Source: an uncultured Candidatus Saccharibacteria bacterium (GTDB taxonomy: Bacteria; Patescibacteriota; Saccharimonadia; Saccharimonadales; Saccharimonadaceae). From it: a stretch of DNA of 64,000 nucleotides. Positions 46,291 to 55,695 of the stretch are shown here, piece after piece. The stretch's first letter is position 1. Each line of letters starts with the position of its first letter. Both the position numbers and the translations under genes were made by a program. The notes under the pieces were generated by a model that made no database searches, was not told the DNA's origin, and worked only from the letters and a program-made list of their open reading frames with translations. Location: positions 73,714-137,713 of the forward strand of contig CAKVAO010000002.1 of NCBI GenBank assembly GCA_934725355.1, in the 5' to 3' direction.

Positions 46291-46914
46291 ATGGATGGTC
46301 ATCCAGAGATAACATTCAACGATAACGAATATTATGATAGCATCAAGAAGTTGGTTGCAGATCTGTGGAATAGATGGACGTATGTCTGTAAGCTCAACAG
46401 TTTATTGTCAACACTTCAAGTCCGTAGTAATTTCTATAGAGAAGAGCATCATCTTAAAGGTGCCATCATACCCAAGGGTATCCTAGAGCGTATTACACCA
46501 GTTCAAGATGATACTAGTGACATGAAGGGTATGAAGGACGCGATTTGGAAGAGAGATGTTGAGAGCTTAATGCAGCTCGCAGATGTCGCCCATCAATTGA
46601 AAAAGCACTTCACTGGCTTAGTAAGATCTTTTGGGCATAAGAAACTAGCTAGATCATATGAATTATTGAATCGTAGGGTTGAATTTGAACAGCGTTATAT
46701 CGAAGAATATGATAAGCAAATTGATACAATAGACGGAATCTTTCGTGAACTCGAACGTAAGAAGCGTGAATCACCTGAAAGCTTCAATAAGGCTGTTTCT
46801 TATGCTTGCTATTGTATCACTGCAGACGATATACATATCCGCGGTCAAATGAACGAAACAAGTTATCGCCGTATGTTTGGGTCGACTACACATCCTGCCG
46901 CCGTTTTCTGTTGA
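46291..46914 (+). CDS. hypothetical protein (207 aa)
   Basis: ATG lies 4 nt after GGAGGA. The track ORF starts at an upstream TTG (46276). Predicted helical and charged, with no motif recognised. Confidence 0.6.
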   Translation: MDGHPEITFNDNEYYDSIKKLVADLWNRWTYVCKLNSLLSTLQVRSNFYREEHHLKGAIIPKGILERITPVQDDTSDMKGMKDAIWKRDVESLMQLADVAHQLKKHFTGLVRSFGHKKLARSYELLNRRVEFEQRYIEEYDKQIDTIDGIFRELERKKRESPESFNKAVSYACYCITADDIHIRGQMNETSYRRMFGSTTHPAAVFC

Positions 46915-46953
46915 GTCTTGATGCGATATATTCATATCTCATAGTGGCTCGTT

Positions 46954-46998
46954 GGGGTGATTGCTGATTTTTAATCGCATTCACCCCCCATTTTATTT
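46954..46998 (+). terminator. rho-independent terminator
   Basis: GGGGTGATTGC-(12 nt)-GCATTCACCCC (1 mismatch) followed by ccATTTTATTT. Confidence 0.6.
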
Positions 46999-47034
46999 GG
47001 TATTATTGGCATTTTATGATAATATATATTCGAT

Positions 47035-47256
47035 ATGGCAAAGAGCAATAGTAAGTCAAAGCGCAAGTTTATCGGTATTGTTAGTGCTGATGGCAAGACT
47101 CGTCTGTACACGAGCATTAACCCGCAGAACCGCACCAACAGTAGCAAGGGCAAATTGACTCTAAAGAAGTACAATCCTAAGACTCGTCAGCACGAAGTCT
47201 TTACGGAAACGAAGAAGAATCTTGGCCGCAACGAAGTCAAGCCAAAGAAGCACTAG
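47035..47256 (+). CDS. rpmG: 50S ribosomal protein L33 (Cys-less type, extended C-terminus)
   Basis: LYTSINPQNRTNSSKGKLTLKKYNPKTRQHEVFTETK matches the L33 core. 73 aa versus about 55 usual. Confidence 0.8.
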   Translation: MAKSNSKSKRKFIGIVSADGKTRLYTSINPQNRTNSSKGKLTLKKYNPKTRQHEVFTETKKNLGRNEVKPKKH

Positions 47257-47276
47257 TATCCAGGTTAGTACTACGC

Positions 47277-47311
47277 AAATAGCACCCGTATAAGGGTGCT
47301 ATTTAGTTTTT
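47277..47311. terminator. bidirectional terminator (rpmG / DUF368 gene)
   Basis: AAATAGCACCC-gtataa-GGGTGCTATTT followed by agttttt. Confidence 0.75.
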
Positions 47312-47345
47312 GTTGGTTTTGCTGTTATGGTGCCCCTTCTCTTTG

Positions 47346-48173
47346 CTATTTTGCCTTTGCTAACTTTGTTCGCTCTAGCTGGCTTAGGCCAAGGATAGTT
47401 ACGATACCGAGTGCCAATGTGATAGCACAGACTAACAGATTCCAACCGGTAGGCACACCCGGAAATACTTGTACCAACGAGCCTAACATAAAGCCCATGA
47501 TAATCAGATAAGTCGGTGCTGGATAACGATTCATTAATGTTTCGAGTATTTTAGTGGTAGCTAGAATGCCAGTGATTAGGCCAACCCCTAGGGGGATTAG
47601 GAATGGTAAATACAGTGATTTAATCGCAAATAGCATTTCATCATAAAGGCCGAGTAACAGCATAAAATAAGAGAAACTAATGCCCGGCAGCACCAAGGCT
47701 ATAGCAGCAATGAATCCTGCGATAAAGAGCATTAAAACGCTGCCTACGCTCGCTGTCATTGTTGTGTTATTGCCACCTGCCTTAAATAATACCATTAAGG
47801 CGATCAGTGCTATGCCAATTGCAACATATACTAGATTAATCCAGCGAAATCTTGTTATCTTAGCCTCGCGCAACATAATTGGTATGCCTGCTAACACCAC
47901 GCCCATAAAGAAGAACATGGTTGGCATGGTATAGGTGTTTACTAGATGATCCAGTGGTTTAGCTGCGATTAGAATACCTAGCCCACCGCCTAGCGCGAAC
48001 AGCAATAAAAAGGCTAGCTGTTTGCGCCAATCTTTTCTTAGGTCTGCCACTGCTTTAATTAGACGCGTGTATATACCCAAGATTATAGCGGTTGTTCCAC
48101 CGCTAACGCCTGGCACCAGCATGGTCGCGCCGACGATAAAGCCTTTTAGAACGGTTTTTACGTGGTCAATCAT
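47346..48173 (-). CDS. DUF368 family membrane protein (undecaprenyl-phosphate translocase family)
   Basis: LVPGVSGGTTAIILGIY appears at the N-terminus with a repeated half-motif LVLPGISFSY. About 8 TM segments. Confidence 0.8.
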   Translation of the reverse strand: MIDHVKTVLKGFIVGATMLVPGVSGGTTAIILGIYTRLIKAVADLRKDWRKQLAFLLLFALGGGLGILIAAKPLDHLVNTYTMPTMFFFMGVVLAGIPIMLREAKITRFRWINLVYVAIGIALIALMVLFKAGGNNTTMTASVGSVLMLFIAGFIAAIALVLPGISFSYFMLLLGLYDEMLFAIKSLYLPFLIPLGVGLITGILATTKILETLMNRYPAPTYLIIMGFMLGSLVQVFPGVPTGWNLLVCAITLALGIVTILGLSQLERTKLAKAK

Positions 48174-48214
48174 TGCCCTCCTTGATTATGATTAGGGTAT
48201 ATTCCAATTATACC

Positions 48215-48239
48215 AAAAACAGCCCTCTTTCGGGCTGTT
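48215..48239 (-). terminator. terminator of the tRNA-Thr/tRNA-Tyr pair
   Basis: Minus strand reads AACAGCCC-gaaaga-GGGCTGTT followed by TTTTGG. Confidence 0.75.
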
Positions 48240-48255
48240 AATAATATCGCGCACA

Positions 48256-48342
48256 TGGTGCTGGGGGAGGGATTCGAACCCCCGAACTCATTACGAGGGC
48301 AGATTTACAGTCTGCAGCGGTTGACCACTTCGCTACCCCAGC
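48256..48342 (-). tRNA. tRNA-Tyr (anticodon GUA), long variable arm, CCA encoded
   Basis: The reverse complement reads GCTGGGG/TA/GCG-AAGTGGTCAAC-CGC/T/GCAGA-CTGTAAA-TCTGC/long arm/GGGGG-TTCGAAT-CCCTC/CCCCAGC-A-CCA. Confidence 0.88.
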
Positions 48343-48354
48343 ACTAATTCAATG

Positions 48355-48431
48355 TGGAGCCAATTCTCGGATTCGAACCGAGGACCTGATGCTTACAAAG
48401 CAACTGCTCTAACCAGCTGAGCTAAATTGGC
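48355..48431 (-). tRNA. tRNA-Thr (anticodon UGU), CCA encoded
   Basis: The reverse complement reads GCCAATT/TA/GCTC-AGCTGGTTA-GAGC/A/GTTGC-TTTGTAA-GCATC/AGGTC/CTCGG-TTCGAAT-CCGAG/AATTGGC-T-CCA. There is one T:T mismatch in the anticodon stem. Confidence 0.85.
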
Positions 48432-48451
48432 ATTATCAAAGTGCTTTTATT

Positions 48452-48480
48452 ATATTAGCAAAGTTGAACGATTAATTCAA
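48452..48480 (-). promoter_or_regulatory. putative promoter TTGAAT-17-TAATAT for the tRNA pair
   Basis: Minus strand reads TTGAATtaatcgttcaactttgcTAATAT. Confidence 0.45.
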
Positions 48481-48481
48481 C

Positions 48482-49126
48482 CTAAACATTAATTTTCTTT
48501 GACTGTTTGATACGCGTATTGTTGCCGTGTGAGCGCATTCGGCTGGCCAATTTGCGTAGTTTTTCGGCGCGATCATTCTCGCCGATACGACTAAGTGCAT
48601 CAGCTAGCAACCCCAACGACTGTGGGTTGCGCTCTAGGTCGACTGCGGTCTCTAATTCTCTGATCATGCGCTTGGTGTCGCCTAATTTTTCGAGAACCTT
48701 AGCATAAGATATGTGGCGTGACGCAACATTGCTTTCTAGCTGCAATGCCTGCTCGAAGGCCTGCGCTGCCCGCTCGTACTTCCCTACTTCGTAATAAATA
48801 AGACCTACATTATGTAGTGATGATGGGCTAGGCTCTAAGCTCTGTGTGATTTCAAAGCACTCAACTGCGTCAGCTAATTGTCCTTGCTTTGCATACAGAA
48901 TACCCAAACGGTTGTATGCTCGCGCATTACGCTCATCAAAGCGCAAAATAGTTAGTAATGCCTTCTCGGCTCGCAGGTATTTCTTGTCTTTGATGGCTCC
49001 TAAGGAGATGTCCCATAGCTTGTTTAACTGTTCTTCCAAGCGTGATGGTTTATGCTCGACCTCTTGATGATTGGGACAAAGCACAATCGCCATAGCGATT
49101 AAAAATAGTGCAATTAGTGCATACAT
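48482..49126 (-). CDS. TPR-repeat protein with N-terminal TM anchor
   Basis: At least four 34-aa TPR-like units (for example AYNRLGILYAKQGQLADAVECFEITQSLEP). Confidence 0.75.
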   Translation of the reverse strand: MYALIALFLIAMAIVLCPNHQEVEHKPSRLEEQLNKLWDISLGAIKDKKYLRAEKALLTILRFDERNARAYNRLGILYAKQGQLADAVECFEITQSLEPSPSSLHNVGLIYYEVGKYERAAQAFEQALQLESNVASRHISYAKVLEKLGDTKRMIRELETAVDLERNPQSLGLLADALSRIGENDRAEKLRKLASRMRSHGNNTRIKQSKKINV

Positions 49127-49132
49127 ACTATG

Positions 49133-49984
49133 CTAATTATAACACATTGCTAGGTTTAATAGCTGTGCCTTCACATTGCCGTTCGCTTGAATGTTACTCG
49201 CTGTGGTGCTGATCAGCTGTAAGTTATCTGCGAGCTTTGCGTCACGCTCGACCTTGCCCGATTGGTGAATGTGCTCTGTAAGCTTGGCTAACATTTCGAC
49301 GAATTGCATTGCATCCGAACGGTCTTTATATGACGCTACTAGTGCCAATCTAGTGTCGATTGTATCAGTTATAAACCGTTTGGCTATGCGTATTTGCTTG
49401 GCGGCATTTTCAAACTCAGAGGAGTCATTAATTAGTCGGCACATGCTAGCTGGACGGCGATTTGCTAGAAACATAATTTGGGCTGACTTTACTGAATCTA
49501 GTCCACTCAGCAAAGTACTGCATGCACTGGCTGATGGCTGGCGTATGTCAATCACCTGTGTTCGACTAAGAATGGTTTGCGGAATGTTAGCGATGTGGTG
49601 TGTGGTAAACAAGTAATTTACATTAGGTGCTGGCTCTTCCACAATCTTCAAGATATGCTCGAAAACGCCCGGTGCAGTGTGGTCGATATCATCCATGATA
49701 ATTACTAGTCGTTCACTGCGCTTGTCACGCACGATTCTAGTTATGTACTCAATATCGTCAGCATTAATAATGGCGGTCTTTTGCGTGTCATGCAGGGTTG
49801 GTGCTAGATAAACCACATTAGCGCCTGCTAGCTGACGTCCAAGCGCACTAGCAATTGTACCAAGACCAACACCAACTGCGCCGGTTAACATCATTGCTTG
49901 AGTTGGGCTACTCAGGTAACGTTCTATTAATGCACATGTATACTCATCTAATACTAATTCACTAGCAGACTGGTTAGACTTCAT
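49133..49984 (-). CDS. holB: DNA polymerase III delta' subunit-like (HolB)
   Basis: Has a degenerate P-loop (GAVGVGLGT), ILKIVEEPAPNVNYLFTT and TILSRTQVIDI. Confidence 0.75.
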   Translation of the reverse strand: MKSNQSASELVLDEYTCALIERYLSSPTQAMMLTGAVGVGLGTIASALGRQLAGANVVYLAPTLHDTQKTAIINADDIEYITRIVRDKRSERLVIIMDDIDHTAPGVFEHILKIVEEPAPNVNYLFTTHHIANIPQTILSRTQVIDIRQPSASACSTLLSGLDSVKSAQIMFLANRRPASMCRLINDSSEFENAAKQIRIAKRFITDTIDTRLALVASYKDRSDAMQFVEMLAKLTEHIHQSGKVERDAKLADNLQLISTTASNIQANGNVKAQLLNLAMCYN

Positions 49985-50855
49985 GGCGTTCCTCGATAGC
50001 GTGCTGAAAATCGTGCGGTAAATCGGCTGTAAATGTCATACGCTGGTTGCCATCGTCGCATGGTGCAGTAATTTCTAGCTGATAAGCATGTAGCCATAGT
50101 CGGTCGCCGTATTTGCCGTGACCATAGACGGGGTCGCCGATAATTGGTGCGCCTATATGGCTGAGATGCACGCGTAACTGATGCGTTCGGCCTGTTAGGG
50201 GTTTTAGTTCGACAAGGGCTGTGTCGTCGCTAAACAGCTTGACGACTTGGTAATTTGTAATTGCAGACTTCCCCTTGCCATCTACCTTGAATGCGCTAGG
50301 ACGACGGATGTCACGGGCGATTGGTAGGTCGATTTGTGCTGACAAATGCTTTGGTGTACGTTCGATTAGCGCGAGGTAAGTTTTATGTGCCTTTCGCTCG
50401 CTAAACTGCTTTTGTAGAAAGCTAGCCGTCTTTAGGTTTTTGGCGCAAATTAATACGCCACTAGTCGCACGGTCCAGGCGGTGTACAATGCCTAGGCGAT
50501 TATTGCTGGCGTTTTCGGCTGCCTCGCTGTCGTCAAATCGCGACCGCACAAAATCCGCGACTGTAAACTCGTCATTCAATTCGCCTTTGCTGTGTGTTAG
50601 CATACCTGCTGGCTTATTGATGACTACTACGTTGTCATTTTCGAATAGAACCTGCTTCTGAAACGCAGCAATAGCAGCGGTATAGTCGGTCTTCTCAGGC
50701 TCTTTAAGCGTTACTGCTGCGTCACCTTCTATATCATAAGCGGGCTTTTTGACCACAGCGCCGTTGACTGTTGCATGGCCATCTTTAATCAGCTTTTGAA
50801 TAGATGCACGCGACAGGTCGCTATGTTGACTAGCCAGATAAGCGTCGAGTCGCAT
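49974..50855 (-). CDS. RluA-family pseudouridine synthase (RluD-like, S4 domain)
   Basis: N-terminal S4 domain (RLDAYLA...) and catalytic motif HRLDRATSGVL. Confidence 0.88.
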   Translation of the reverse strand: MRLDAYLASQHSDLSRASIQKLIKDGHATVNGAVVKKPAYDIEGDAAVTLKEPEKTDYTAAIAAFQKQVLFENDNVVVINKPAGMLTHSKGELNDEFTVADFVRSRFDDSEAAENASNNRLGIVHRLDRATSGVLICAKNLKTASFLQKQFSERKAHKTYLALIERTPKHLSAQIDLPIARDIRRPSAFKVDGKGKSAITNYQVVKLFSDDTALVELKPLTGRTHQLRVHLSHIGAPIIGDPVYGHGKYGDRLWLHAYQLEITAPCDDGNQRMTFTADLPHDFQHAIEERHEV

Positions 50856-51875
50856 TTAGTCCCCGTAATAATTGATGCCGATCGCATCTTTAACTTGCGT
50901 TAGCGTCTGGCTGGCAATACAGGCTGCCTTTTCAGACCCTTGGTGTAATATTTCATATATCTCTGCTGGATTCTGCTCTAGTTCTGCCCGCTTCTCGCGA
51001 ATTGGCTGTAATAGATTATTTAGAATTTCGAACAGATATTTTTTTACAACTACGTCACCGAGACCACCCTTTTGGTACTGTTCCTTGTACTCTGCTACCT
51101 TTGGGTCATTAGGCGCAAAAACATCTAAATATTCAAACACCATATTGCCTTCAATCTTGCCTGGATCTGATACGTGAATGTGATCAGGGTCGGTGTACAT
51201 GCTGAATACTTTGTCGAGTAATGTCTTCTCGTCGTCCGATAAATAAATACAGTTACCCAGTGATTTACTCATCTTAGCATTGCCATCTAGTCCTGGCAGA
51301 CGGCGGCTCAATCCTTCCGGTGGCAGGATTGCCTCTGGCTCAATTAAGACGTCTTCGTTGTATGTTTGATTAAACGTACGAACAATTTCCCGGGTCTGCT
51401 CAATCATTGGCAACTGATCCTCGCCAACTGGCACCCATTTAGCTTTGAACGCTGTAATGTCGGCTGCCTGTGAAATCGGATAGACCACAAAGCCAGTTGG
51501 CACGCCATCGCCAAAATTCTTCTGTTTGATTTCGCTCTTTACGGTCGGGTTGCGTTCTAGTCGATTGATCGAAACTAGATTCATATAATACATAGTCAAT
51601 TCAGTTAGCGCAGGCACTTGAGACTGAATGAAAATAGTAGTTTTAGTGGGATCAATACCAACCGATAAATAGTCTAATGCCACCTGCAGTACATTGTCGC
51701 GCACCTTGGCGGGATTTTTGGCATTGTCAGTTAGCGCCTGAGTATCTGCAATCATAATAAATGGATCATATTTATTAGAGTTCTGCAGTTCAACTCGCCG
51801 TCGCAACGAACCAATGTAATGACCTAAGTGTAATCGTCCAGTCGGGCGATCACCTGTTAAAAAAATATCTTTCAT
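50856..51875 (-). CDS. trpS: tryptophan--tRNA ligase
   Basis: GRLHLGHY (HIGH class), KMSKS and a 339-aa TrpRS layout. Confidence 0.92.
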   Translation of the reverse strand: MKDIFLTGDRPTGRLHLGHYIGSLRRRVELQNSNKYDPFIMIADTQALTDNAKNPAKVRDNVLQVALDYLSVGIDPTKTTIFIQSQVPALTELTMYYMNLVSINRLERNPTVKSEIKQKNFGDGVPTGFVVYPISQAADITAFKAKWVPVGEDQLPMIEQTREIVRTFNQTYNEDVLIEPEAILPPEGLSRRLPGLDGNAKMSKSLGNCIYLSDDEKTLLDKVFSMYTDPDHIHVSDPGKIEGNMVFEYLDVFAPNDPKVAEYKEQYQKGGLGDVVVKKYLFEILNNLLQPIREKRAELEQNPAEIYEILHQGSEKAACIASQTLTQVKDAIGINYYGD

Positions 51876-51902
51876 AATTATTATTATACCATCTATAACA
51901 GG

Positions 51903-53834
51903 CTATTTGCGGACGCCAAACATCACCCAGCCTGTACCTGCAACTTTGTATTTGCCACTAAATTTCTCAGGTGACTTCCATCGATAGGTGTCGTAATCGT
52001 CGGCTAAGCGCTCCCATTCATCTTCGCCTAAATCAAATTCTTGTTCATAAGGCTCGCGGTTGTAGACGATGATTAAATCAGCCCAAGGCGAAGCGCAGTC
52101 TCCGTTGCTATCTGTGTTGTCTACCATGAAGCCTACCATTCCCGGTGCCGCCCATTCGTTATAGATGTCCTCGTGCGCTGTACCAGATTTGTCTATCAGA
52201 CCAGGCAACATCTTTCGTAGCTCAATAAGACCTTTGTAATAATTGTATAAGTCGGTATTTTCGGTAATTTCATGCCAATCTAAGCGGTTTAACGCAATTG
52301 GTGCGTCATGTGAATTGTCGTTGCCGTCTTTTGTGCGGCGGAAAGTCGAGCCGCTCAGCATAAATGGCCGTCCTTGGCAGGTCATGTAAATCGCCACGGC
52401 CAAGCGATACTGGCGCATTCGCTGTGTCTCGTCTGGTGTTGTTTCAGTCAGCTTGTCCCACAACGTCTGATTGTCGTGTGCACTAACATAATTGATGATC
52501 TGTCCTGGTGTCTTGATGAGTGAGCCATTGACGCGCCAAGCCTTGACGGCATCTAGTAAACGGCGTTCAGTATGTGGCGCTCCATTAACAAAGCCGGTAT
52601 CCTTCTTGTTCCCTGCACTGCCCTTGATTAAATCACGGGTGTCGTCACAGAAGATGCCAATGTTAACATCTAGTTTGCCTATGTTGCCCTTGTGCGCTAG
52701 GTCTACATTGGTAGCAGTCTTGTCGGCAGACCAAGGCTCGCCGTAAATTAGTTTTTCGCCTTTGCCGTACTTGTCATTTAATTTGGCACGAATATCATTC
52801 ATCAAATCGACATCTAATAAGCCCATTAAGTCAAAACGAAAACCGTCGATGTGATATTCGCGTGCCCAGTACATAACACTATCCACGATGTATTTATGTA
52901 CCATCGGGCGTTCGCTAGCCACATCGTTGCCGCAGCCCGAACCGTTAGACAGGTTGCCATCCTCCCATGTGCGATAGTAGTAATATGGCATAGTTTTTTG
53001 AAAGGCGTGGTCTAAATTCCAGGTGTGATTGTAAACTACATCCATGATGACACGAAAGCCGTTCTGGTGTAGTGCCTGAATGGCTGCTTTGAGCTCGCGC
53101 ACTCGTACTTCGCCATGATGCGGATCAGATGAATACGAGCCTTCGGGCACATTGTAGTTTACTGGGTCGTAACCCCAGTTGAACTGTGTACTATCGTTTT
53201 CGTCTACCGAGCCGTAGTCATAAATCGGCATCAGCTGTATGTGGGTAATGCCAAGATTCTTTAAATAAGTTATACCTGTCGGCCGATCGCTTTGGTCATC
53301 TAATGTTGTGCTACTCTGGGTGAAAGCTAGATATTTACCGCGCAAGTCCTCTGGCCAACCGCCATGTGGATCCCAAGAAAACTCTTTGACGTGTAGTTCA
53401 TCAATCACGGTTTCAGGTGTGGGTGTGGGTGCCTTGTCTTGCCACCAATTATCCGGGTTAACCTGTCGCATATCAATTACCATGCTACGCGTGCCATTAA
53501 TGCCAGCTGCCTTGGCGTAAGGATCATTAGATAATGTCGTTACGTTATCGATAGTTACGGCAAAATCGTAATACATGCCGTGCAAACTCTCGCGAATATA
53601 CACTGACCAGACGCCGGTTTGATAATCTAGTTCCATTGGCTGAGACCAATAACGCCGTGTGCCGGGTTCGCCATCCTTGTAGAAGTTAATTTCTACCCGA
53701 TCAGCTACTGGTGACCACAGCTTAATCGATGTGCCGCCACCATCGCATACTGCACCTAAGTCGTTGCCAGTGTAAATTTTTCGCTGGAAGTCTGCACTGT
53801 TATATAGCTCTACCCATTCCTTTGCTGTCTTCAT
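51903..53834 (-). CDS. pulA: type I pullulanase (GH13)
   Basis: GH13 regions are DVVYNHT, GFRFDLM, YGEPW and YVSAHDN. The N-terminal domain is CBM48-like. Confidence 0.85.
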   Translation of the reverse strand: MKTAKEWVELYNSADFQRKIYTGNDLGAVCDGGGTSIKLWSPVADRVEINFYKDGEPGTRRYWSQPMELDYQTGVWSVYIRESLHGMYYDFAVTIDNVTTLSNDPYAKAAGINGTRSMVIDMRQVNPDNWWQDKAPTPTPETVIDELHVKEFSWDPHGGWPEDLRGKYLAFTQSSTTLDDQSDRPTGITYLKNLGITHIQLMPIYDYGSVDENDSTQFNWGYDPVNYNVPEGSYSSDPHHGEVRVRELKAAIQALHQNGFRVIMDVVYNHTWNLDHAFQKTMPYYYYRTWEDGNLSNGSGCGNDVASERPMVHKYIVDSVMYWAREYHIDGFRFDLMGLLDVDLMNDIRAKLNDKYGKGEKLIYGEPWSADKTATNVDLAHKGNIGKLDVNIGIFCDDTRDLIKGSAGNKKDTGFVNGAPHTERRLLDAVKAWRVNGSLIKTPGQIINYVSAHDNQTLWDKLTETTPDETQRMRQYRLAVAIYMTCQGRPFMLSGSTFRRTKDGNDNSHDAPIALNRLDWHEITENTDLYNYYKGLIELRKMLPGLIDKSGTAHEDIYNEWAAPGMVGFMVDNTDSNGDCASPWADLIIVYNREPYEQEFDLGEDEWERLADDYDTYRWKSPEKFSGKYKVAGTGWVMFGVRK

Positions 53835-54048
53835 GTCTGTGTTCCTCTGATGTGTCTAATTATAACATAGAAAAAGCCAGATATCTTTTGATGTGGCGTC
53901 AATGCGGCTATCTCTTAGCCGATTCTTCTTCCTTATTGGATGAAATAGCGATTGCTGTAATACGGTTAACTAATTCGTTGCTATACTTGCGGCGCTCTTA
54001 AGGCGTTAGACCATAGTTAGTTTTAAGCCGTAGCTGGGACTTGCTATA

Positions 54049-54672
54049 CTAGGATAATTTACTGGTCAAGTTCGATATTTCTACTAGTATATTATCTATG
54101 CTTAATGTGGGTGTATTGTGTGTGATGTTATAGTCAACAGCTGACACGCTATCCCATAGTTCATCTATAATAGCATTATTTTTCTGATTGGTGCTCGAAT
54201 CATACATACCAAGTAGTGATATCATATGACCTATTACGATTTGATACGGTATGATTTTATGTGTGATTTCATAGCCTTGAACTTTAAGGCGTTTTATTAT
54301 ATCGGCATTATCAGTAACAGTGTCAAATTGGGGCTTCGACAGAATATGATCGAAGTGGTTGCTATCGAAGTCCTCGCCAATAATCCTGGCGATTGAAGTA
54401 TAAGCCCTCGCGATTGACGCGCTGTCTCGCAAACTTACCTGGTCTGCGATTCTACGTATCCTGCGAGACACGTTATCAATGGGTTTGATTGCATTTAGAG
54501 CTGTCATAATGGTGGCTGGCGATTCGTGGGGCGCAACTAACAACAGCTCTCTACAATAGTTAGTTACAGCTTTCTCGTTATTTAAACGCTCAGTAATAGA
54601 GTGCCAATAGGTTAATTTAATCTCGTTGTGACTATGATCCTGTTTGACTGAATATAGATCCGCATTCGCCAT
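54049..54672 (-). CDS. hypothetical protein (207 aa), orphan
   Basis: Start is set at MANADLY (ATG 54672). TATAAT lies 9 nt upstream and there is no SD. No motif recognised. Confidence 0.55.
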   Translation of the reverse strand: MANADLYSVKQDHSHNEIKLTYWHSITERLNNEKAVTNYCRELLLVAPHESPATIMTALNAIKPIDNVSRRIRRIADQVSLRDSASIARAYTSIARIIGEDFDSNHFDHILSKPQFDTVTDNADIIKRLKVQGYEITHKIIPYQIVIGHMISLLGMYDSSTNQKNNAIIDELWDSVSAVDYNITHNTPTLSIDNILVEISNLTSKLS

Positions 54673-54801
54673 AATGGTTATATTATATAGCAAAACTACA
54701 GCGGTATGGCATTATGCCTAAAATAGTGAACGTTAGCCCATGTTTGCTAATCGACGTACACCTATCTGACCTCGTCGATCAATTCTGTAGGCCGTTTTGT
54801 C

Positions 54802-54810
54802 TGGTACAAT
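54802..54810 (+). promoter_or_regulatory. extended -10 (TGgTACAAT) 6 nt upstream of prmC ATG
   Basis: Plus strand reads cTGgTACAATatagatATG. Confidence 0.5.
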
Positions 54811-54816
54811 ATAGAT

Positions 54817-55695
54817 ATGTATGAGGCTGAAATGAAAATCAGCGAATTAGAAGTAAAGATAGCGCAAAGATTGCGGGCTGCGGGCATTGAGTCGGCGCGA
54901 TTGGATGCTGTGATGATTATTGGCCACGTTCTGAACCGGTCGCGAGAGTGGCTACTGGCACATGATGATGCATTGGTATCTAGTGAGGACAGCCGGCGTG
55001 TTGAAGAATTAGCGTTCCGCCGAGCCAAGCGTGAGCCACTGGCCTATATTATGGGATATAAAGAGTTCTATGGGCGGCGATTTATGGTCACGTCTGACGT
55101 CCTAATCCCCCGCCCTGAGAGCGAGGTGATGATTGATATACTATCTGATGTGGTTGCTCGTGGCAATACGCAAACTATCGGCGACACTGCTAAGTGTAAT
55201 TACAGTTCTCGCGCCTATAGACTAATAGACGTTGGCACGGGTAGCGGCTGTTTAGGTATTACAGCAAAACTAGAGCGCCCCGAACTAAATGTAACTCTAT
55301 CAGACATTTCAGACAAAGCACTAGAGATAGCGCGCAAAAATGCTGAGCAATTAAGCGCCGACGTTGGACTTGTTCGATCGAACCTGATGGATAATGTTTC
55401 AGGTAAATTTGATATCATCCTAGCTAACCTACCCTATGTTAACCACAATTGGGATTACTTGTCGCCCGAACTGAAATACGAGCCGGATTTGGCGCTATAT
55501 GCTAGTGATGATGGCTTGGCGTTGATCTATAAACTGATTAACCAAGCGCCGGCTCATTTGGTTAGAGGCGGCTATATAATTCTAGAAATGGACACACCGC
55601 AAATTGAGCGTGTGGCAACGTATGCATCAGAGTATGGTTTTGTGGTTGTTAGCAGCCAGCCGTTCACCTTGATGTTACAATATAAGGATGAGTAA
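54817..55695 (+). CDS. prmC: release-factor glutamine N5-methyltransferase (PrmC/HemK)
   Basis: REPLAYIMGYKEFYGRRF, SAM motif DVGTGSGCLG and the catalytic tetrapeptide, which here is NLPY. Confidence 0.85.
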   Translation: MYEAEMKISELEVKIAQRLRAAGIESARLDAVMIIGHVLNRSREWLLAHDDALVSSEDSRRVEELAFRRAKREPLAYIMGYKEFYGRRFMVTSDVLIPRPESEVMIDILSDVVARGNTQTIGDTAKCNYSSRAYRLIDVGTGSGCLGITAKLERPELNVTLSDISDKALEIARKNAEQLSADVGLVRSNLMDNVSGKFDIILANLPYVNHNWDYLSPELKYEPDLALYASDDGLALIYKLINQAPAHLVRGGYIILEMDTPQIERVATYASEYGFVVVSSQPFTLMLQYKDE

